A stretch of 64,000 nucleotides of DNA from Dendrobates tinctorius (lineage: Eukaryota). Shown in pieces: positions 55,894 to 64,000 of this stretch. Numbering within the stretch: position 1 is the stretch's first letter; each line of letters begins with the position of its first letter. Position numbers and translations under genes: made by a program. The stretch covers positions 1,364,001 to 1,428,000 of the forward strand of contig NW_027361869.1 in assembly GCF_039654945.1 (NCBI RefSeq). The letters are read 5' to 3'. The notes under the pieces were generated by a model. It was not told the origin of the DNA and did not search any database. It saw only the letters and a program-made list of their open reading frames with translations.

Positions 55894-56332
55894 TAAGAAT
55901 AGCGGGACATTTTGATGGATTCTGGCTCATTAACTTTGCGGCTGATCAAAAGAACTAATTCTCCCAGAATTCCCAAATTCTGTCAATGAGCAAAGCATGC
56001 TGGGAAGTCTCCAGAACATCCAAGTCTCCAAGGACGTCCTTCATTGAAGGTCACTGCCTGGGAGGGCTCCGATCTGTTTCCTGATCTTTCCAACAATAAT
56101 TGGGGCTATACCCAACGATCTACTAATCTATGATTTATATCCAGAAAACAGACCAGGCCGTCCCCGCCTGACGATAGGAATCCTGTGCACCGCCCCGGGC
56201 TGCCGGGGGGAAATCCAAAAGCAAATAAGCCCAAGTGATGGCAGCGACACAAAGACACGAAAAGCACCAAAGTCTGTGAGGTTCTGCGTGCACATTGTGA
56301 TACAACTGTGTCCATCACCTACATCTAATGTC

Positions 56333-56626
56333 NNNNNNNNNNNNNNNNNNNNNNNNNNNNNNNNNNNNNNNNNNNNNNNNNNNNNNNNNNNNNNNNNNNN
56401 NNNNNNNNNNNNNNNNNNNNNNNNNNNNNNNNNNNNNNNNNNNNNNNNNNNNNNNNNNNNNNNNNNNNNNNNNNNNNNNNNNNNNNNNNNNNNNNNNNNN
56501 NNNNNNNNNNNNNNNNNNNNNNNNNNNNNNNNNNNNNNNNNNNNNNNNNNNNNNNNNNNNNNNNNNNNNNNNNNNNNNNNNNNNNNNNNNNNNNNNNNNN
56601 NNNNNNNNNNNNNNNNNNNNNNNNNN
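56333..56626. other. Assembly gap (N run)
   Basis: 294 N. Confidence 1.
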
Positions 56627-56894
56627 GATCTTATAAGATTCCTCGCAGAGTTTAGGTTTAGACCCTCCGATCTGTCATCTCTTGGCTGATGCTGGTTGTG
56701 ACCTTGAGTCCCAGCATGGTGAGGGCCAGCTGTCACAGAGAAACAAATGCTTTTGGGAGTCCATCATTAACCCTTCAAAGACCACATATATATGATAAGT
56801 GTCCTTGGTCTTCTCTGTAGAGCAGTCACCTTGGCCAGAGATCCCATGACCTTGGCTGCAGTCTGTGCTGGATGTGGGATTGCACCATGTATAT

Positions 56895-57393
56895 GGCCTC
56901 TTTCACACATCAGTTTTTTGCCATCAGTCACAATCCGCCAGTTTTGGAAAAACACGGATCCGTCGCAGATTGTGAAAAACTGATGCGACGGATCCGGTTT
57001 TTTGCTGGATCTGACTGCCCTACCTGGTAAAAATAATTGGAGCATGCTCAGTTTAAGAAACGGAATGCGTTGCTGGATTCCGTCATTTGACGGACAGCGA
57101 CGGATCCTGCGCCCATAGGCTTCCATTATAGCCAGCGATGGACGGAGCTGGGTCCGTCGCTGTCCGACTTTTCCACGGAGACGAAAAAACGTTACTTTGT
57201 CCATCGTCTCCGCACGACGGACAAAAAATTTCTGACGGATCCAGTGAACGACGGATGAAACGTGCGGCCATCCGACGCTAATCCAAGTCTATGAGAAAAG
57301 AAACGGATCCAGCGTCATCAGTCGCTTTATCCGTTTTTTTCTAAAAATGACGGATTGCGACTGATGGCAAAAAACTGATGTGTGAACGAGGCC
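56895..57393. mobile_element. Harbinger-type MITE
   Basis: TIRs ggcctctttcacacatcagttttttgccatcagtc / gactgatggcaaaaaactgatgtgtgaacgaggcc. Confidence 0.85.
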
Positions 57394-57928
57394 TAAGGCG
57401 TCTGCCATTTCGTACACTGGGGTCCACCAGTCAGACCTGACATTAGGCTGCGGACCATCAAATAGTCAGGATTATAACCTGTCAGGAGGATCAGGACAGC
57501 TCCGATCTCAGCATCTTATCTCCTCATTGGTTTTCCTCCATTTCCCTCAATTCTGTTCCGGATTATTGGACATTCTGGATTATAAGTCACTGTAATAACA
57601 CACACAAGAAATTGGCTACAGGTTTATACCTATCTGTAACCTGTGGCTCTCCAGACATTGCGAACTACAACTCCCAGCATGTTCTGACCGTCAGGCGGTG
57701 TCCCCATAATACCCCCGGATGAGGGGCGCCTGATCGCCGCTACTCCCCTCCATTCAGCTGAATGATTGTGGGCGGATCGGCGACGGATGGAATGTCAGCA
57801 GTAATTCTGACACCGTCACTGATGCAATAATCAGAATGACCCTGTAATACCCACTGAGCCGCCGCCTGTGCTCCGCAGAGATAGCAGTACTGCCCTATTG
57901 TGCACCATTAGCTTTGTGTCTGCGGGCC

Positions 57929-58740
57929 TTAAAGGGAACCTGTCACCTCATACATGTAGTCCGATCTGTGGACAGCACGGAATAGAGAAGGAGAAGAATG
58001 ATGTACGCGTCTATGGGAAAAGATTCCGTATAAACTCTGTTGTGTTCATAGAAATCTCTGGTGTTTATATAGATAGGAGTCCAGTGGGCGGTCCTACCAG
58101 TGATTGACAGCTCTCTCTACATGCACAGCTGTACAGGGAAGACTGGCAATTACTGAAATCCCTGGAGTCCAGTGGGCGGTTCTAGTAATGATTGACAGCT
58201 ATTTGCACCCACAGTCATAGATGGAAGACCACTGGCGGACAAAGACAGAAAAGGGCCCCTGAGGAAGAACAACATATGGACCCTTTGCAGCCCAGGATCT
58301 CGTAAAAATAAAAAGTTACACCTGCTTTGTAGGTATAAATGGCCCCTTTACCTCTTGGGCCTTGCGGCAGCACAGGTTGCACCAATGATATGTCCGCCCC
58401 TGGGGAGGACTGAAAGTCACTGAAATCCTTGGTGTTTGCATACATGAGTCCAGTGGGCGGTCCTAGTAGTGATTGACAGCTGCCTCTACATGGACAGGCA
58501 TACAGGGAAGACTGACAATCACTGCTAGGACTGCCCACTGGACTCCTAAGCTTACAAATATCAGGGATTTTGGTGATTGTCAGTCTTCCCTGTATGATTG
58601 TGCATGTAGAGAGCGCTGTCAATCACTATTAGGACCGCCCACTGGACTCCTAACCATATAAACATCAGAGATTTCTATGAATGAATTCCAAGTTTTGCTG
58701 AAACTTTTCCCACTAAACTGAATATTAATCTGAGAGCAGA
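57929..58740. mobile_element. Kolobok/T2-type MITE with internal direct and inverted subrepeats
   Basis: Starts ttaaagggaacctgtca; gagtccagtgggcgg subrepeats occur in both orientations (58077, 58165, 58446 vs 58533, 58633). Confidence 0.65.
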
Positions 58741-58949
58741 GATCATGTGCGACATAAAGAAAAAGTGCTGGGCGACGTCCTGAGAACACGCGTGCTGTAT
58801 GCACGCTCCGTACAGCAGAGAATACATGTGTTCTCTATGGAGACAGGGGAGTAAGCTGCTGCCGGATGGCGGCTTACCTTCCCTGGAAATAAAAGGATCG
58901 GGCATATTGAAATCCAACATGCCCATCTGTTCTTTAGAGGCAAAGTGTC

Positions 58950-59246
58950 ACATAGAATCATAGAATGGTAGAGTTGGAAGGGACCTCCTGGGCCATCTGG
59001 TCCAACCCCCTGCTCAAAGCAGGATTCGCTAAATCATCCCAGTCAGATGTCTGTCCTGCCTCTGTTTGAAGACTTCCATTGAAGGAGAACTCACCACTTC
59101 TCGTGGCAGCCTGTTCCACTCATTGATCACTCGAACTGTCAAAAAGTTTTTTCTAATATCTAATCTGTGTCTCCTCCCATTCAGTTTCATCCCATTGCTT
59201 CTAGTCTTTCCTTGTGCAAATGAGAATAAAGTTGATCCTTCTACAT
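58950..59246 (-). mobile_element. CR1 LINE 3' fragment
   Basis: ORF2 C-terminus RKNFLTVRVINEWNRLPREVV...FKQR; (ATTCTATG)n 3' tail on the minus strand. Confidence 0.9.
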
Positions 59247-59807
59247 GAGACTGGCCCCAGCGGGTTGGGACAACTTTGGTTTTGCAACAGGCAGATTTCC
59301 ATGTTGTGACATCTACAGAGAAATCCCACAAATGTCCCACAGCCAAAGCATCGGAGCTGCGACATTGGATCGCGATCTCGCCTCATATTTTCTGCATCTG
59401 CCATATCACGATAGCACCATGGCACTTTTTTTTAATTCTTTTTGCATGGGTAGCAACTCCTCTCCCCCCATAGGGTCCAATAAAAATCGCATGCCGCATC
59501 GTGCGACACATACTTCACGCGTCATCACAACACAATATGACATCAAGAAGTAGCAGTTTTCTGATCCCGTTACTGTGTGGGCCATGCTAGGTGTAAACAG
59601 TGAGCTGTCTGTAGTCACATCACACCAAAACACGTCCACAGGCAGGATTACACAACCTGCTAGAGAAGCGCGCGGCCCCTTTAAGAGTGAGGAGGGGGCG
59701 TGTCCTTCAGCACATGCCTTCTTAAAGAGCCAGCTGCTGCAGTCAAAAGTCAGTGGCAGCCTGCTCTTCCTACTGGGGGCATCCTACAAGTGCTCCCCTT
59801 CCCCGTC

Positions 59808-59859
59808 ATGTACACCATCACCCGAGGACCCAGCAAGCTCACCACCCAGAGGAGAACAG
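59808..59859 (+). CDS. MCRIP2: MAPK-regulated corepressor-interacting protein 2, exon 1
   Basis: MYTITRGPSKLTTQRRT(G)|gtggga; 52 nt; divergent from METTL26 as in mammals. Confidence 0.92.
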
Positions 59860-60015
59860 GTGGGACCCCCAGCCTCCATGATGGGCTGCGCTGCTGCAGC
59901 GATCACAGGATCGGCGCAGCCCGGATCGCGGGTCCTGCGCTCTCTCCCTGCCGCTGAGGTCGCCCGGCTGTACTGTCGCACCGTGTCCATGCTGATCACT
60001 GTGTTCCGTCTCCAG

Positions 60016-60112
60016 GTCCCAAGCAGCAGATTGACACCAAGCTGCAGGAGCTGAAGAGCAGGCAGCAGCTGCTGATCCCCACCTCGTCCAACGGCTGGGA
60101 CCCTCTGCCAAG
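60016..60112 (+). CDS. MCRIP2: MCRIP2 exon 2
   Basis: ccag|GPKQQIDTKLQELKSRQQLLIPTSSNGWDPLP(S)|gtcagt; 97 nt, phase-compatible. Confidence 0.85.
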
Positions 60113-61764
60113 GTCAGTACCCATCGGGGGGCTAGGACGCTGCCAGGGGGTCCCCCGGTGTCGCCGCTTTAATCCGTGCGCTCTGGAGGTGAATGGGTTA
60201 AGAATGCATTATTTCCTCCACCCAGGACTTTAGATGTATTAACCCCGTACATCCCGGGGCGCACAGCCGGGGTCGGCGTTGGCTCCAATCCCCATTTACG
60301 GTGCAGCGTGACCTTGTGCAGAGGTTACCATGCGCACAGCAGTGTCATTGTCACATGGTGCTGTGCAGGGAGGGCCGGGTCAAGTCGGTGGGAGTGACAG
60401 TGGGGGGGGGGCTGGACTCTCTTAACCCTTCGGTATCTGCCCCCGACGCTGACTGTCGACAGCCTGAAGAGTGGCGGTGATAGCTGCTGGTTCACACTGA
60501 GCAGATTTTACAGGAAAACGCTTCGTGGGAGAGAATGCAAAGGTGCGGTTCTAAAATACGAACGCGGGTCATGGGTTTGTACTGACGCGGCTCTGATCCT
60601 ATTAATCTGGACTTGTATATGGGGGTCAGGGACGGTGCCAGCACTTTGCGAACCTTGGGAAGTGCGAGGCTCGTGGTGTCACTATGCGCGGGGTTAATGC
60701 ACAACATCTGACGTAAATGCAGAATTTTAATTTTTTTTAGTTTGACCTTTTTTAGATGCTGCTTTCAATCACTCGTAAGAGGTGGGAAATGGGGAGAGGC
60801 GTCCCCTCTGGAGACCACTACCCTCCCCCTATATGGCATTACCATGGTAGCTGGGGGGGGGGGGGACTCCACTTCTGCCATGTTTGTACACCCACAAACC
60901 TTGACCTACGCAAGGGCTTCATAGATAATTTTACAATGCTACAGAATTGCGCTGTCTTGTTCATGTCTCCTAGTGCAACCAATTAAAAATAAAATATTAA
61001 ATGCCCCCTCCACTCTGCCTTTTCTCAAAATGTAAATAAAACTGAAGAATAAAAACACTTTGATGGTAACTCTACATGTGTAACTGTCCAATCGAATAGA
61101 CTGTGTGTATATTTATCCCATACGGTGACTGCCGAAGCTGGAAAATAGAAAAAAATTGAACCGTCGGAATCGTGTTCTGGACCATGTCAGTCCCTCAGAT
61201 CAGTGCTTCAGGTGGCTGTCGGACTGATCTGAGCAGGTGAATGGGGCGCTGATGGTTTGCCCACCCTGCTCCTGTCATGTTTGAACTCCTGTGAAGCCCG
61301 TCCTCATCCCAGGCTTCATAGTGAATTTACAACCCCCCTCTAAGTAGTAGGATTGCAATTATTTTTTTTTTTTTTTTTTTTTCCTCTTATCATTAACAAG
61401 TTAACTTTGGCACATGACGCCCCCATAGGGACTTGAGCTTGGTGGGTAAGGAATGTAGACTGGAGAAAGGTTCTTCCCTAAATCTTGTCTGTTCTGCTCT
61501 ACATTCACCCAATTGTCCAGTTTGACCTTGTGCCCCTATTAGAGGGAGGGATTACCCAGCTCACCTAGTAGAGCAACTACATACCCTCCCCTTCTACATG
61601 TGGGTGAAGAGATAAGGAGCTGCAACAGCGCCCCCTGCAGTCGCTCATCTGGTACTGTGATATATACTCAGGTATTTGTGCATTATATCTTTTTGCAGTG
61701 TTGCTGTAGGACACCTCCTGGAATCCGCCATCTTCCTGTGACACAGATGTTTTTTTTCTTACAG

Positions 61765-61889
61765 TCCTTCTGCTCCAAAACTAGTGTTCAGCCGTGTAAA
61801 CGGCAAGCGCAGCGCATCCCTGAGCCCGACATCGGAGGAGGACGCCTACACGCCGGCCCACGAGGAGAACGTCCACTTTGTATATCAGG
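61765..61889 (+). CDS. MCRIP2: MCRIP2 exon 3 (gene continues beyond the window)
   Basis: acag|(S)PSAPKLVFSRVNGKR...YTPAHEENVHFVYQ|gtaaga, the conserved FAM195 HEENV motif. Confidence 0.92.
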
Positions 61890-62647
61890 GTAAGATTAAG
61901 AGCAGTGACCGCCATGTGTGAGGGTCTCGGTACAGGGGTTTTTCCAACCAGTGTACGTGACTGGACCGTGCTCACTGGAGCGCCGTGGTCCCTTACCACT
62001 ATCTGGTGGGTCTGATGGCTGGGGTGCCTCCACAGAACTCGAAAACCTGGATGGAGTGGAGGTCAATTCGGCGCACATCTGATCCATTCATTCGTAGTGG
62101 AACCACCGGAGATGGTGAAGCGCCGCGCTCCACTGGTCTCCTGCTAGAATGAATGTAACGAGGCGCACATGACCGACCTCTGCTCCACTCAGCCGTGGCT
62201 CTGTAGGGGCTCCATCAGTCAGACACCCCTCCCTGTGTGTAGGGGGTAACGTTCAAACTTTACAATATCCCTTTAAATCAGCTAGTTGAAAGGGGGACCG
62301 CCTACCGACCTGTACTTGACGGGTCATTAAAGGGGTTTGGGTTTTTCAGGACTAACATTGATCACTGATCACCTATCCTTAGGACAGGTCATTAATATGA
62401 GATCGGCGATCAGCTGAAAACCACTTGGGCAGCGGCCAAAACCTCAGTGAGGGGCAGATAAAATGTCGAATTCATCAATGTGTGGGGCTCCTGAGTCCTG
62501 CGCCATACAGTGCAGATTTACGGCCACGGCGGTTTAGTGATGGGGGGCCCCCCCCCCCTTACTGCTGATAGGTCATCAGTTTGTCAGTCCAGGCAAACCC
62601 CTTTTGTAATAAGTAATTTTATTTTATTTTTTTTGTCTGAAATTTAT

Positions 62648-64000
62648 TTAACCCCTTCCCGGCCTGTGACACAGCGTATGCGTCATGAAAATCGGTGCCA
62701 ATCTGACCCATGACGCATACCCTGTGTCATGACTTCAAAGCCCCCCTGCGGGTCAGGTGACCGGGGTCACTGAAAGGTCACCTGACCCGCAGATACAGGG
62801 GGCTTTGTACTTCACCACGGGGGGCATGGCTTCGCCCCCACATGGCTACGATCACTCTGATTGGCTGTTCCACTTTTCCACTCTGCATTATAAGCTTCTG
62901 TGAAGCACTTGGGGGTTCAAAGTGCTCACCACACATCTAGATAAGTTCCTTGGGTGGTTTAGTTTCCAAAATGGGGTCACTTGTGGGGGGTTTCCACTGT
63001 TTAGGAACATAAGGGGCTCTGCAAACGTAACATGATGCCCGCAGACCATTCCATCAAGTCGGAATTTCAAAACGTCACTATTTCCCATCGGAGGCCTGAC
63101 ATGTGCCCAAACAGTGGTTCCCCCCCCCCCCACACACACACATGGGGTACCAGCGTACTCAGGAGAAACTGGACAACAATTTTTGGGGTCCAATTTATCC
63201 TGTTACCCTTGGGAAAATAAATAGCGAGCTAAAAAATCATTTGAGGAAAAAAAAATGATTTTTTTATTTTCATGGCTCAGCATTTATAAACTTCTGTGAA
63301 GCACTTGAGGGTTCAAAGTGCTCACTACACATCTAGATAAGTTCCCCAGGGGGTCTAATTTACAAAATGGGGTCATTTATGGGGGTTTCCACTGTTTAGG
63401 AACATCAGGGGCTCTGCAAATGTAACATGACGTCCGCAGACCATTCCATCAAAGTCTGCATTCCAAAATGGCGCTCCTTCCCTTCTGAGCTCTCCCATGA
63501 ACACAAACAGTGGTTCACCCCCACATATGGGGTATCGGTGTACTCAGGACAAACTGCACAACAACTTTTGTGGTCCAATTTCTTCTGTTAGCCTTGTGAA
63601 AATAAAAAAAAGCGGGCTAAAAAATCATTTTTGAGGAAAATATGATTATTTATTTTCACTGCTCTGCGCTATAAATTTCTGTGAAGCACTTGGGAGTTCA
63701 AAGTGCTCACCACACATCTAGATAAGTTCCTTGGGTGGTCTAGTTTCCAAAATGGGGCCACTTGTGGGGGAGCTCCAATGTTCAGGCATACAGGGGCTCT
63801 CCAAACGCGACATGGTGTCCGCTAACGATTGAAGCTAATTTTCCATTCAAAAAGTCAAATGGCGCTCCTTCCCTTCTGAGCCCTGCTGTACGCCCAAGCA
63901 GTGGTTTATGACCACATATGAGGTATTGGTGTACTCAGGAGAAATTGCCCAACAAATTTTAGGATCCATTTTATCCTGTTGCCCATGTGAAAATGAAAAA
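62648..64000. mobile_element. TTAA-CCCC (piggyBac-like) non-autonomous element with ~390-bp tandem subrepeats, running off the window
   Basis: Starts ttaaccccttccc; unit tataa..ttctgtgaagcacttg...cacatctagataagttcc at ~62889, ~63285 and ~63670. Confidence 0.7.

Noticed and set aside
56128-56736. Long ORFs containing X runs (also 26756-26983)
   Set aside because: Artefacts of translating through assembly gaps.
52900-59800. tRNA-Gly gene, which I recall lying between METTL26 and MCRIP2 in human
   Set aside because: No tRNA-like sequence seen by eye. It could be hidden in the N gap; tRNAscan-SE would settle it.

Overview
Eukaryotic vertebrate genomic DNA. The repeat landscape suggests an anuran frog (inference). 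The window carries the syntenic block known from human 16p13.3: RAB40C (+, 6 coding exons, 286 aa), WFIKKN1 (+, 2 exons, 545 aa), METTL26 (-, 6 exons, 203 aa) and the first three exons of MCRIP2 (+). All exons were reconstructed by hand with GT-AG junctions and consistent phases. The rest is dense, often nested transposon sequence: five Tc1/mariner families (one intact DD34E copy and one intact DD36E/Incomer-type copy), a hAT remnant, L2, L1/Tx1 and CR1 LINE fragments, a non-autonomous Helitron carrying a solo-LTR-like insert, and many PIF/Harbinger- and Kolobok-type MITEs. There are two assembly gaps. I cannot demonstrate a wholly new biological system. The best leads are (i) Penelope-like, TSD-flanked, inverted-repeat elements with hammerhead-ribozyme-like motifs, including a head-to-head palindromic pair, and (ii) two tandem arrays whose units contain transcription-factor sites: a 72-bp unit with a ZNF143/Staf motif beside a candidate RAB40C promoter, and a 76-bp unit with an overlapping CRE/E-box in RAB40C intron 4.
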